64,000 nt of DNA from IMG/VR virus record IMGVR_UViG_3300036770_006893, positions 124,001-188,000 of that record; one strand, given 5' to 3'. A program made the translations under genes and the position numbers. Positions 48,414 to 57,775 of the stretch are shown one piece after another. How positions within the stretch are numbered: the first letter of the stretch is position 1; each line of letters opens with the position of its first letter. The notes under the pieces are model-generated. The model did no database searches and was not told the origin of the DNA. It worked only from the letters and a program-made list of their open reading frames with translations.

Positions 48414-48920
48414 TCAATTGGTTTTGCTAGAATAGCTTGTAACAACTGGATAGTTTTTATTTCCAAGAGTATATGTTATAACACCAGGGGATTGTCTATT
48501 CGTTCTTGCGGCATTGTCTTGGCCAAAAGAATCCACAGAAGTTTGTGGCGCTACTGTCCATTCATGATCAAACTCATTCCAATAGCCAGCTCTAAAAGCT
48601 GTGGCGTATTTTGTTGTGGTAATGCTTTCAATTTTTAATGGCGAAGAAATTAATCCTGGCATACCAGCACCGCTTAGTAAGTAGTCGTTAGTTAGTCCAC
48701 CAGCTAAAAACACCGTTATTCTTTTGGCTATTGGTTCGTTGTTGTCGTGTGGGAAATTACCTAATATGGTATTTTTTGTGACATCTGATGTTTCGACAAC
48801 TCTTGATCCAATGCTTTCAGGCACAAAACCATCTGGAACTGAAGCTAATAGTCTTGTTGCCGTAATGCGATGGGTTGCGCCGCCATTATTATTAATTTTG
48901 TTAACTGACAGAATTGCCAT
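48414..48920 (-). CDS. Hypothetical (putative structural) protein
   Basis: Start corrected to ATG 48920 (SD GGAG); flanked by TTGGGGTATCAT motif and terminator. Confidence 0.7.
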   Translation of the reverse strand: MAILSVNKINNNGGATHRITATRLLASVPDGFVPESIGSRVVETSDVTKNTILGNFPHDNNEPIAKRITVFLAGGLTNDYLLSGAGMPGLISSPLKIESITTTKYATAFRAGYWNEFDHEWTVAPQTSVDSFGQDNAARTNRQSPGVITYTLGNKNYPVVTSYSSKTN

Positions 48921-49019
48921 ATTAATCTCCATAACTTTTATGTTAATTGAGTAAACCATCTCATATATGATACCCCAAAAAGACGAAATAACGCAAATTT
49001 TGTTTACTAGAGATTAGGC

Positions 49020-49667
49020 TTATATAAGGGTTAATGCATTTAAATTATTTATTCTAAAACCGTAGATATTTGAATGCAATATATTATTTACATGTTGTTG
49101 GCGGTAAATATTGCCATTACATATGGTTTTTATATTGGTTTTTGTTTGTAAAAATTTGCAAGCAATAATATTGTCATTTATATCGTCCAGCATCATTCCA
49201 GATGATGGTAAAATAGTATCAATATTTAGGTCTTTTAAAATTTGGCAAACTTTAGCTAGTACATCATGTCCATATCTTCTATATTCTAAGACATATCTGA
49301 GCTGAACATTATTTTTTGAACATATATCAAGATTTGTTTTTATATCTTCTCTTAATTTATCATATTTACGATTAGTTATTGCCTTAGTGGGTATCATAAG
49401 GTCTATAAAAGAAATTTTATTGGATTTAGCTAGATGCTCAACCGTATAATTTCTTGTTTTTTGGTCAGAGAGACCGTAGGGAAAATCTATAGGGCAGCCG
49501 AATTTAATGTCGCTATCTACAGAAAATAGTTCAGATCTAATATAGTTTATAGAGTATGGTAGTAAGAATATATTTTGAAGACCATGCTTAATAGCTGTTT
49601 CGACATTAAATGTCGTTTCTGTCTCATTTATATCATAGTCATAGCAACAATATTCTATATGTGTCAT
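49020..49667 (-). CDS. DeoC (deoxyribose-phosphate aldolase)-like TIM barrel, catalytic lysines apparently lost
   Basis: IDFPYG, FIDLMIP, LRYVLEY, ILPSSG (canonical IKTSTG), KTICNGN (canonical FKPAGG). Confidence 0.7.
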   Translation of the reverse strand: MTHIEYCCYDYDINETETTFNVETAIKHGLQNIFLLPYSINYIRSELFSVDSDIKFGCPIDFPYGLSDQKTRNYTVEHLAKSNKISFIDLMIPTKAITNRKYDKLREDIKTNLDICSKNNVQLRYVLEYRRYGHDVLAKVCQILKDLNIDTILPSSGMMLDDINDNIIACKFLQTKTNIKTICNGNIYRQQHVNNILHSNIYGFRINNLNALTLI

Positions 49668-50359
49668 ATTTTTTTACAGTAAGATTTGATGTAGTCTATA
49701 TTTGGAAATTTTTTAGTACCAAGTACCCCATCAGCAAATCCGTAATTAACAGCTTCTTCTGCTGTTAGTATCCAATCTCTTTTTGTTGCCAATTGTGTAA
49801 CGATATGTTTTTTTGCCATCATCTTTTTCCAATTTTTTTCTTTGCAAATCCTACTATTCATACACCTTTCGGTAAAGATGTCGATCATCTTATCGCTCTC
49901 TTTTTCGCTCCACTGAACCATGCTAAGTGCCGCTTTGTGCTCGTTGTCAACACTTATAGAACCATAATGGATTAAGAAGTTGGTGTTTGGAGTAAGTATC
50001 CTCAGGTCTGCTGCTTGTAGTAAAACACTACTACTTGATTCGACTTTTGCGTACGCTAGGATAGCTACCCTTGCTTTTGAATATTTTATTGCGTCAAAAA
50101 TACCCAAACAATCTTGCCAATCTCCTCCAGGCAAGTGCATATGAACTAGTATCGGTTCTAGAGATAATAAATTAAGGTATCGTAAATTTTTTTCAAATAT
50201 AACCGCGCTCTTGTAGTTTACTCCACCCTCCTCGTCACCGCCGTCTATAGAAGAGTGAAGGTAAATTTCTCTGTTTGGTATGTCTATATTATAAGAGTGA
50301 ATATATCCTATATCATATTCTATGTCGGAATATTTTTTATTTTTATTCATCATCATCAT
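49664..50359 (-). CDS. clpP: ClpP-family serine protease
   Basis: REIYL, HLPGG, KVESSSSVLL (Ser), FLIHYG (His), RDWILTAEEAVNYGFAD (Asp). Confidence 0.85.
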   Translation of the reverse strand: MMMMNKNKKYSDIEYDIGYIHSYNIDIPNREIYLHSSIDGGDEEGGVNYKSAVIFEKNLRYLNLLSLEPILVHMHLPGGDWQDCLGIFDAIKYSKARVAILAYAKVESSSSVLLQAADLRILTPNTNFLIHYGSISVDNEHKAALSMVQWSEKESDKMIDIFTERCMNSRICKEKNWKKMMAKKHIVTQLATKRDWILTAEEAVNYGFADGVLGTKKFPNIDYIKSYCKKI

Positions 50360-50807
50360 TTTTATTTTCTAGAAAATTGTATATATTATTTTGAATAAGT
50401 AACATCGTGTCAGCATCATTGAATGCTTTTCCTATTGCTATTCTAAAGCGATATCTAGTAAAAATATCCAAGCACTCTACACCGTCTGTATTTTCTATGA
50501 GATCACATATTTTTGATGTTATATTAAAATTGGTATGACCCATCCAAAAATTAAAAATTTTACCACTGGCAGTATTCTCGTTTATTGGTATGATTCCCAT
50601 GGGCGTAGCTATAACTTTGATACCCTTAACAATTTTTGGTATATAGCTATTATTTTGTGGTGGCCATTCATAATCCTCACCAGGATACTCATCCTCTGGG
50701 TCAACATCAGATTGGTTGTCGTTTGTTTCGCGATAAATATCGTCGTCGATATCTTCGCCAAATGGATCAAACCATTTTTGCCATATAATAGTATTGTTTT
50801 GTTTCAT
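50343..50807 (-). CDS. Hypothetical protein
   Basis: 154 aa with acidic patch; leaderless promoter upstream. Confidence 0.7.
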   Translation of the reverse strand: MKQNNTIIWQKWFDPFGEDIDDDIYRETNDNQSDVDPEDEYPGEDYEWPPQNNSYIPKIVKGIKVIATPMGIIPINENTASGKIFNFWMGHTNFNITSKICDLIENTDGVECLDIFTRYRFRIAIGKAFNDADTMLLIQNNIYNFLENKNDDDE

Positions 50808-50814
50808 ACTATGT

Positions 50815-50842
50815 ATGATAATCGCTGGCGACCGTGGATCAA
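50815..50842 (-). promoter_or_regulatory. Sigma70-like promoter TTGATC-N16-TATCAT, 7 nt from ATG
   Basis: -35 at 50842-50837; -10 at 50820-50815; ATG at 50807. Confidence 0.55.
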
Positions 50843-50849
50843 TACGTAA

Positions 50850-51302
50850 TTATAGTCTAAAGACATTTAGTGGCCTAACCACTGGTAAATTTTTTGAAAT
50901 ATTTTTTGTTAAATCTTTTTCTAATTCATTTTCTAGTATTGGAAAAAAATATAGCACATTTTGTAAGAATAGTTTTTTATTTAGGTCTTTGGTGTCTTTC
51001 ATCGTTTTTTCCACTAGATTTATGATTTGATCATGAACTAATCCGTTTGTTATATAGACCAAAAAATTTGCATAGTTTTCTGCTTGATCCAGTAAAGCGT
51101 TTTGATCATTGTTGGTGTCAGAAATATCTGGAGTATTTACTAGCATTGAAATATAATTATCTTCATATAACCCAAATATTACAGAGCCATTATCTGTGAT
51201 ATTTTTTTTTGTAGTGTTTTCAATATCGGGTTCGATTTTTTGAGAACTGTTTATTTTAAGCAATGTTAAAAACTTTTCGTATATTTTTAATAATATTTTC
51301 AT
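50850..51302 (-). CDS. Hypothetical protein (start uncertain)
   Basis: 150 aa ORF. Confidence 0.6.
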   Translation of the reverse strand: MKILLKIYEKFLTLLKINSSQKIEPDIENTTKKNITDNGSVIFGLYEDNYISMLVNTPDISDTNNDQNALLDQAENYANFLVYITNGLVHDQIINLVEKTMKDTKDLNKKLFLQNVLYFFPILENELEKDLTKNISKNLPVVRPLNVFRL

Positions 51303-51612
51303 TATTTGTTTTATTTAGAGGAATAAAATAACCACTTGTATTAGTAACGCCAAATGGAACAATACAAAAATATGAGAGCATTAGTTTATTTTCATAATTG
51401 TCAATATCTAATGTAGTAAATTGATACATATCGCAAACTACGTCATTAAAAAATTTAGAGAACAGTTTTTTGATATTAAGCTCCATATCTTCATTAGTTG
51501 ATATCGCTGCTGATGGTGGTGTTATCACATCTTCTGAAACAGACAATATCTCATAGAGCAGATTGGTCTTATTTCTTGTAAAAACATAAATACATACATT
51601 AGCTTCTATCAT
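51256..51612 (-). CDS. Hypothetical protein
   Basis: 118 aa ORF, coupled to sigma gene. Confidence 0.6.
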   Translation of the reverse strand: MIEANVCIYVFTRNKTNLLYEILSVSEDVITPPSAAISTNEDMELNIKKLFSKFFNDVVCDMYQFTTLDIDNYENKLMLSYFCIVPFGVTNTSGYFIPLNKTNNENIIKNIRKVFNIA

Positions 51613-52183
51613 AGGATTTAATCAGCTCCAGTCCCCTTTTGATATTTTGTCTAACAGCTTCTCTAGACACATTGAAAACCTTACCAATTTCGGATAGCGT
51701 TTTGTCTTCGAAATAATACATATATATTTGTTTTCTTTGTTTTTCGGATATGATCGAGCTATTCAAGATAGAATCTAGAGCAAAACTTAAGTCTTCTGCG
51801 CTTTCGTTCTGAATAGCTATTTCTAATGGATCTTTTTGTTTTTTATCGACAATTAAATGAGCATGGGTATTATCGTCATTAATATAATTATCTATGCTTA
51901 GGCATTTTTGCTTTTTATATTTTGATGTAATGTATGTTTGTATGGCCCATATAGCACATTGATTTCTGTATGAGTACAGCGTTTTCTGTTTACCAGAAGC
52001 ACCGACCCTATCAGGATCAAACCTCCAGTCGGCATACATAATAGCCGTAGCAACATCCGATATAGCCTCTTCGCTTTTAAGCATCTCAGTAGACAAACCG
52101 TTATAAAATTTTGGTGCAAATTTTGCAATAGTTTTTTTAGCTAATGAAATATATGTGGATAGAGAATCTTTTACTTCTGGCAT
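51599..52183 (-). CDS. Sigma70-family RNA polymerase sigma factor (small)
   Basis: Region 2-like WRFDP...LYSYRNQCAIWAI; region 4 HTH KTLSEIGKVFNVSREAVRQ. Confidence 0.85.
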   Translation of the reverse strand: MPEVKDSLSTYISLAKKTIAKFAPKFYNGLSTEMLKSEEAISDVATAIMYADWRFDPDRVGASGKQKTLYSYRNQCAIWAIQTYITSKYKKQKCLSIDNYINDDNTHAHLIVDKKQKDPLEIAIQNESAEDLSFALDSILNSSIISEKQRKQIYMYYFEDKTLSEIGKVFNVSREAVRQNIKRGLELIKSYDRS

Positions 52184-52229
52184 TGTTAATTTAATCCTTA
52201 TGTTGTGTCCTAATAAATTTATTGATACT

Positions 52230-52958
52230 TTACTTTGTCAATTTTTTCCACTGTTCTGGATCTGGCCTATCTTTATCCCCAGGTTTAGCTGGCTTATAAT
52301 TTTTTCCTTCTCGTTCTTTTTTCTTACGAATATTTTCCCATAGGCCAGGAAGATTTTTTGCTGCCTCTGCTCCTTCTGTATCGGTTTCAGTTTCGCCGAA
52401 CATTAGGAAATTATGAATTGTTAGCATATAGTCTTCTGTTACGGCGATTTTACCTTGTAGCCAGCTCTCTGTCAATCTTTCTTTTACGGAAGGGTTGGAT
52501 AGTGCATCTACAATCGCTTGAGCGTGTTGAGCAATAGACTGTATGGAACCCATACTCATTTGATAAAAGTCGTACTTGTATTCCATAAGTTCCATTTCTG
52601 GGCTTTCATCTTCCATGTCTTCTACTTGTGTAAAATCGCCATCTTCTGCTTTTGCTGTTTTAATACCAAGCTTATCTTTGGTCGCTTTCGGTAAAGCAGC
52701 AACAAATTCTGGACCTTTGCGCTTAGCCATGTTGTATAATTTTTTAATAAATACATCGTAACTCATTTGTCCCTTCATGCGACCAAAATTACTGATTGCA
52801 TCAGGAACATCAGATGGAGAAACAATTGGGAAAGAACGAGTTTCGGGAAATAAAAAGTCACTATCTTTAAGATCACTTCTTTTTTTACCTTTATACGTTT
52901 TTTGTGCAGCTTCTATGGAGTCCTGAATATCAGATAGTATTTCAGTATATCTTTTCAT
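52230..52958 (-). CDS. Hypothetical multi-module phage protein
   Basis: DFLFPETRSFPI..DAISNFGR; SWLQGKIA; GLWENIRKKK. Confidence 0.7.
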   Translation of the reverse strand: MKRYTEILSDIQDSIEAAQKTYKGKKRSDLKDSDFLFPETRSFPIVSPSDVPDAISNFGRMKGQMSYDVFIKKLYNMAKRKGPEFVAALPKATKDKLGIKTAKAEDGDFTQVEDMEDESPEMELMEYKYDFYQMSMGSIQSIAQHAQAIVDALSNPSVKERLTESWLQGKIAVTEDYMLTIHNFLMFGETETDTEGAEAAKNLPGLWENIRKKKEREGKNYKPAKPGDKDRPDPEQWKKLTK

Positions 52959-53607
52959 TGTAATATTTCCTTAGCTTTGGTTGTAAATGATTAAATAATG
53001 TTTTACTAAATATTAAAGAAGCTTTATTATCTGTGGGATAATGAACGCCTTGAATAACTCTTGCTCTAGCCGTTTCTAATACAATATGGTCTAATTCTTT
53101 AGTATTAATCTGTTGAAATAGATGTTTAAGTATATTAGCAACTAAACTGCTATACACCGTATGTCCAGAAGGATATGCTGCTGTATGATGAGTATCTGTT
53201 AATATAATGTCAATATCTACACCATAAATATCGGCCAATTGATTGGGTCTTGCTCTATTCCAATAGCTTTTAGTATTTAGCAAAACAGGCTTAACTATGT
53301 CATAGAATAGGTCTATATAGTTTTGTGGATAGTTTAGCTTATATTTTTTAAGAAGTAAAATAAAGGGCTTGTCTAGGTCTTTATCAACACTATAAACTAA
53401 AGATACATCTTCTTTTGATCTGTTTTTTGTCGATTTAGAGATTAATATCAGCTCATCTCTGGTTTTATCGCTAGTGTTTTGTGGGGGAGGGTCTAGAATT
53501 TTTTTCCAGTCAAAATCAATAAGATTTGACATGGGTTTTTCTAGATATATAGTATCATATCCAATAGAATTAATTTTATCTTTGGATAAAAAATATGGTA
53601 AATTCAT
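52942..53607 (-). CDS. PAP2-superfamily phosphatase
   Basis: K..WNRARP, AYPSGH, ARVIQGVHYPTD. Confidence 0.88.
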   Translation of the reverse strand: MNLPYFLSKDKINSIGYDTIYLEKPMSNLIDFDWKKILDPPPQNTSDKTRDELILISKSTKNRSKEDVSLVYSVDKDLDKPFILLLKKYKLNYPQNYIDLFYDIVKPVLLNTKSYWNRARPNQLADIYGVDIDIILTDTHHTAAYPSGHTVYSSLVANILKHLFQQINTKELDHIVLETARARVIQGVHYPTDNKASLIFSKTLFNHLQPKLRKYYNEKIY

Positions 53608-53619
53608 ATTATTGCTTTT

Positions 53620-54338
53620 TTATTTTAATAATAGTCTATATACTATTGCCTTACTTTGATTAATTGTTAGTCCTGACTTTAAGGAATATTCTTTAATAAT
53701 GTCTTGTTTTGATCTAGTATTTTTATTTTTGATCGACTGAAATATTTCTAGTTTTTTCTTTTTGGTTAAGCCTATATATTCTGGCTTATATAATCTAAGC
53801 CAATCTTTAAATTTTGATCTTGATATTTTATGTCTATCAGCAAAAGATTGTTGAGATTCTAGTGGATTGGTGGCCCAAATTTCTATTAGATTTATTATTT
53901 CTGAATATGGTTTAGTTAAATTCCTATCCCTATTAGCTTTTCTAATGTTTTGATTTCTGTTAATATTTTTGAGAGCATTAGAGATTCTTTGTTTAGTTTG
54001 TTCGGTTTTTGACTTATGACACAAAGAAAGATCCTGTGCCGAAGATAAAACATTAGTTAATAATCCTCCATCAGATTTTTTACCAAACCATCTTATTAAG
54101 AATTCTTCTCTATCTTTTAGATCTTCTATATCATCAGTCTTCCATCATATTCTTAATTCAAAATCATATTTAGCTATTATATTTAATTTTTGTGGATTAG
54201 ATTTTTCTCGTCTATGATTTTTTCTCTGTGATAAAGATTTTTATCGCCACTAGCTATTCCTATATAAAATAAATGCTCAGACAAGCTATTAGTTTTATAG
54301 GTTATATTTTTTTTATATAATCCATAAACATAGTTCAT
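53620..54338 (-). pseudogene. Decayed GIY-YIG homing endonuclease (frameshift + nonsense codon)
   Basis: ATG 54338: MNYVYGLY...FYIGI; 1-nt-short A6 run at 54218-54223; TGA at 54145-54147; continues FGKKSDGGLLTN...KTEQTKQRIS into track ORF 53620..54024. Confidence 0.8.
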
Positions 54339-54390
54339 TTTGGTGATTCTCCAAAACATTATACGCCTAATCGCTAGGAGATCACCAAAA
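54338..54390 (-). promoter_or_regulatory. RBS-sequestering hairpin with a promoter-like element in its loop
   Basis: TTTTGGTGATCTCC pairs with GGAGAATCACCAAAA (contains SD GGAG and the A of ATG); loop holds GGCGTATAAT. Confidence 0.65.
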
Positions 54391-54395
54391 ATAAC

Positions 54396-54935
54396 TTAGT
54401 CCTCTACAGGAGAACTTGCTCTCCATTGACGACAACTCCAATATCTGGCTTTCCATTTGGGGCCGGGATTATCACAATTATGTCTTGCTCTAAAGCTTTT
54501 ACGTCTAGCAGGATTGTCTCTTTTTATATCCATATCGGGGCTGCCAAAATTAACTTTGACAACATTGCCTTTTTCATTTTTTACATACACACTAAATTTT
54601 TTAGGACCATCAGGCGTTCTGAAAGGTTTATTTAAAGTTACTTTTCTGCCTTGATATTCCGATGCAGATACGATGTTTCCTTCTTCATCATAAATTTGAT
54701 TTATTTCTATGTCCCATATAAATTCGTCCCACTCATCATCCCATGAGCAATTTTTTGCGAACAGCTGATCATGTACGCGCTCTATAATTGAAGCTTTATT
54801 ATCTGATGCTTGACTAAGGCATACTGCGATTCTTTGTTGTGAGTTTGGGTACTCTTTTTTCATAACATCGCTGCTCATGCAACGACTTACATATTTTTGT
54901 TTGTCTTCGCTAGGTTTTTTTTCTGGTATTGGCAT
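54396..54935 (-). CDS. Conserved phage protein (DUF6321-like C-terminus, from memory)
   Basis: Start corrected to ATG 54935 (SD AAGGAG); VKVNFG...RRKSFRARHNC...KARYWSC. Confidence 0.75.
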   Translation of the reverse strand: MPIPEKKPSEDKQKYVSRCMSSDVMKKEYPNSQQRIAVCLSQASDNKASIIERVHDQLFAKNCSWDDEWDEFIWDIEINQIYDEEGNIVSASEYQGRKVTLNKPFRTPDGPKKFSVYVKNEKGNVVKVNFGSPDMDIKRDNPARRKSFRARHNCDNPGPKWKARYWSCRQWRASSPVED

Positions 54936-54945
54936 AGTGGTCTCC

Positions 54946-56019
54946 TTAAAGACCAATACACCTTTGTATAGTTTTAGCGGTATTATCCCATGAGTATTTT
55001 TTAGCCGTATTGATACCATTTATATTCGTTTTTATACCGTTTTGATATACATGTCTCATATATCCTATTGCTTGATCTATTTGTTTTTGGCTTATTTTAG
55101 CCCAATGTCCTTGGCCTTTAAACGCTTTTCCATCGAATGCTGGTTCTGTAGTATCTATGTCGATAAGATACGAATTTTGGCTATTGCAGAATTCTGTATG
55201 GGCTGAGAAATTGGTTGCTATTACTGGCTTATTCATTGCCATGCACTCTAGTAGTTCAAGATTCCAGCCTTCTGCTCTGGATGGAAATATACCGCAATCT
55301 GCCTGGGCTATTAATTCGGCTATTTGAAAATGCGTATCTACACCATTAAATAACTTAATGTTGTTGTGACTATAGATATTTTTCCATTTTTCTAATTCTT
55401 CTTTAGATGAGTAAGAGTTTGTGTTTTCAGACGCCAAGATCCATAGTTCTACATCTTCATTATCAGGAAATGCATCCCGAAAAATATTTAATAGTATATC
55501 ATGCCCTTTTCTAATTTCCCACTTACCAATATTAAGAAAAACAAACTTATTCTTGTATTGATATTTCTGATTAAGTTCTGCATTAAAAATATTTAGATCA
55601 ACACCCAAAGGGCAAACAAAAGTCTCCGTGTCAATATTATTCTTTTCAATTATATTTTTTGCCCATTGACTAGTAACAAATAATGCATCTGGAACGGTCA
55701 TGTGTTTTTTTTCAAGATCGTTAAAAGTATCAAGCTCAAAAAAAGGAAAGGCAAAATATTTTCCTCTACCTATTTTTTGTATAAGATCAAACTGATGCCA
55801 AATTTTAACGAAAGGGGCGTCTATATCTAAGTTATTGACGGAATTAACTACAAGCTCAGAGAAGAAATCATATTCCTTTTGATCTTCTACATAAGAGCTA
55901 CCTATAGGAAAAAGACTAATATTTTTAGAAAATGTATTATATATGCTTTTAAGTATATTTTTTGATACTATACCATATCCAGTGCTATTTATAGGACAAG
56001 AGACGTTTATATTGTTCAT
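54946..56019 (-). CDS. Glycosyltransferase family 4
   Basis: TGYG, FLNIGKWEIRKG, DCGIFPSRAEGWNLELLECMAMNKPVI, YSWD. Confidence 0.9.
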   Translation of the reverse strand: MNNINVSCPINSTGYGIVSKNILKSIYNTFSKNISLFPIGSSYVEDQKEYDFFSELVVNSVNNLDIDAPFVKIWHQFDLIQKIGRGKYFAFPFFELDTFNDLEKKHMTVPDALFVTSQWAKNIIEKNNIDTETFVCPLGVDLNIFNAELNQKYQYKNKFVFLNIGKWEIRKGHDILLNIFRDAFPDNEDVELWILASENTNSYSSKEELEKWKNIYSHNNIKLFNGVDTHFQIAELIAQADCGIFPSRAEGWNLELLECMAMNKPVIATNFSAHTEFCNSQNSYLIDIDTTEPAFDGKAFKGQGHWAKISQKQIDQAIGYMRHVYQNGIKTNINGINTAKKYSWDNTAKTIQRCIGL

Positions 56020-56141
56020 TTTTAATATACCTTATTATGTGTGTTATTAACTTGAATAAATATTGTTTTTACTAATTTTGTTACATATATCTATATAGAA
56101 TTGGTATTATGCGATTCATAATGTTTTGCTCATTATATAGT

Positions 56142-57242
56142 TTATACGCCAAAAACTGGATTTTTGTTGGAATGAATTTGATTAACTCTATAAAATTGTC
56201 CACACTTACTCATATGCTTGATAGATCTAGCCCCTATATAACAGCAGCATGATCTTATACCTCCTAATAATTCTTGAACCACCGTATTTGTTGTTCCTTT
56301 ATAAGGGACTGTAATTTTAGTGCCTTCTGAAGCCCTATATTTTTTAATATTATCCTCATATGTTTCTTGAGCATGATGTGTGCTCATACCATAATACGTG
56401 AAACTACCTTTAGTTTTTTTATTCGATTCTAATATTGTAGAATAATCTCCTCCAAATTCCCATTCTCCTTCGCTCTCATCAACACCAGCAAAATATCCTC
56501 CCAGCATTACAAAATCAGCACCGCCGCATAGAGCCTTACAAACATCTCCAACGTTTTTATGACCACCATCAGAACAGATCAATCCAGGTTTTTTATCTCC
56601 GTTTTGAAGACCATGTGCCACATAAGCATTTTCTAAACAACAGCTCAACTGAGGCAAACCGCATCCTGTCAAGAAACGAGTTGTACATGCGGACCCGCCA
56701 CCAATGCCGCATTTTACAATATCTACGCCACCATAAATAATCAGTTCTTGGGTCGAAGAAGTATTGGTTATATTACCGGCTATAATAATACTTTCTGGGA
56801 AATTATCTCTTACTTTTTTACAATACTTAACAAAAACGTCCATATGTCCATTTGGTACATCTATACAGATATTAGGCTGTATATTGATTTTATTTTTTAG
56901 TTCAAGTAAATGATTTAAGTCACTTTTTTTATATCCAATAGATACAAATGTATAATCTATATTATCTGGATAATCCTTGAAGTACTGAAATAATTCATCT
57001 ACAGTATGATATTTATGTAAGCAAGCTATAATTTTATGACGAGCTAGTGCTATAGCCATAGAAAAACTACAAAAGCTCATATTTGCACATATGATAGGTA
57101 CTCCATTCCAAACTCTTGGAGAATGATAAAAGTGAAAAGTTCGACTAATATCTATATCCGATCTACTAGTAAGGGTAGATCTTTGAGGAGCAATTAATAC
57201 ATCATCAAAATCAAGTTTGGTTTCATTAATTATTTTTTGCAT
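56142..57242 (-). CDS. guaC: GMP reductase
   Basis: LDFDDVLIAP, CIDVPNGH, KCGIGGGSACTTR, SDGG, MLGG, YYGMS, GGIRS. Confidence 0.9.
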   Translation of the reverse strand: MQKIINETKLDFDDVLIAPQRSTLTSRSDIDISRTFHFYHSPRVWNGVPIICANMSFCSFSMAIALARHKIIACLHKYHTVDELFQYFKDYPDNIDYTFVSIGYKKSDLNHLLELKNKINIQPNICIDVPNGHMDVFVKYCKKVRDNFPESIIIAGNITNTSSTQELIIYGGVDIVKCGIGGGSACTTRFLTGCGLPQLSCCLENAYVAHGLQNGDKKPGLICSDGGHKNVGDVCKALCGGADFVMLGGYFAGVDESEGEWEFGGDYSTILESNKKTKGSFTYYGMSTHHAQETYEDNIKKYRASEGTKITVPYKGTTNTVVQELLGGIRSCCCYIGARSIKHMSKCGQFYRVNQIHSNKNPVFGV

Positions 57243-57768
57243 TGAAAAAATACCATCTGTTAAAAGCTTCTATTTCTGAATAATCATTTATGTAGTTTAG
57301 ATAATCTCTAATTTCTAGCCATGATGAAAAAATCATCTGATGAGGTATGGTGCCAAAAAGCCAATCAGGGGCTTGTTGTTTGCCTTGAACCATATGAACT
57401 ATAATAGGTTTTTTCTGACGATTTGCCCAAAAAATTTCTTCATATGTTCCGCACGGATGAACATCTAGATCCAGATTGACTATCATAAAGTCGCTGATAT
57501 CAACCAGTCTTAAATCTACAGATCGAATTACTTTCATTAATTGAGCTAATTCATCATAAGATTTTTGCTGCTTTAACATTTTTTTATAAAGGTGCGTTCT
57601 TTCATCTTCTTGACCAATCATAATTGGTTTTTTGATTGGATTAAAAACAACTATACCTAAATTTTCTAGGAATGGAGTAATATCGTCCCTCCATCCACTT
57701 CCCCTATCGGCAACCCTATCCATTGCCCCTGCTAGATAAACTCTTTGATTTCTAAGCCTATTATTCAT
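57226..57768 (-). CDS. Nucleoside 2-deoxyribosyltransferase / dNMP N-glycosidase (NDT/DNPH1-like)
   Basis: VYLAGAM, VDLRLVDISD, GTYEEI. Confidence 0.75.
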   Translation of the reverse strand: MNNRLRNQRVYLAGAMDRVADRGSGWRDDITPFLENLGIVVFNPIKKPIMIGQEDERTHLYKKMLKQQKSYDELAQLMKVIRSVDLRLVDISDFMIVNLDLDVHPCGTYEEIFWANRQKKPIIVHMVQGKQQAPDWLFGTIPHQMIFSSWLEIRDYLNYINDYSEIEAFNRWYFFNAKNN

Positions 57769-57775
57769 TTAGATA

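Noticed and set aside
52187-52241. TTGACA at the end of the 242-aa gene as a promoter for the sigma gene
   Set aside because: No acceptable -10 hexamer at 16-18 bp spacing
54145-54147. Stop-codon reassignment (TGA read as sense)
   Set aside because: TGA, TAG and TAA all end full-length conserved genes here; this TGA co-occurs with a frameshift in a mobile-type gene
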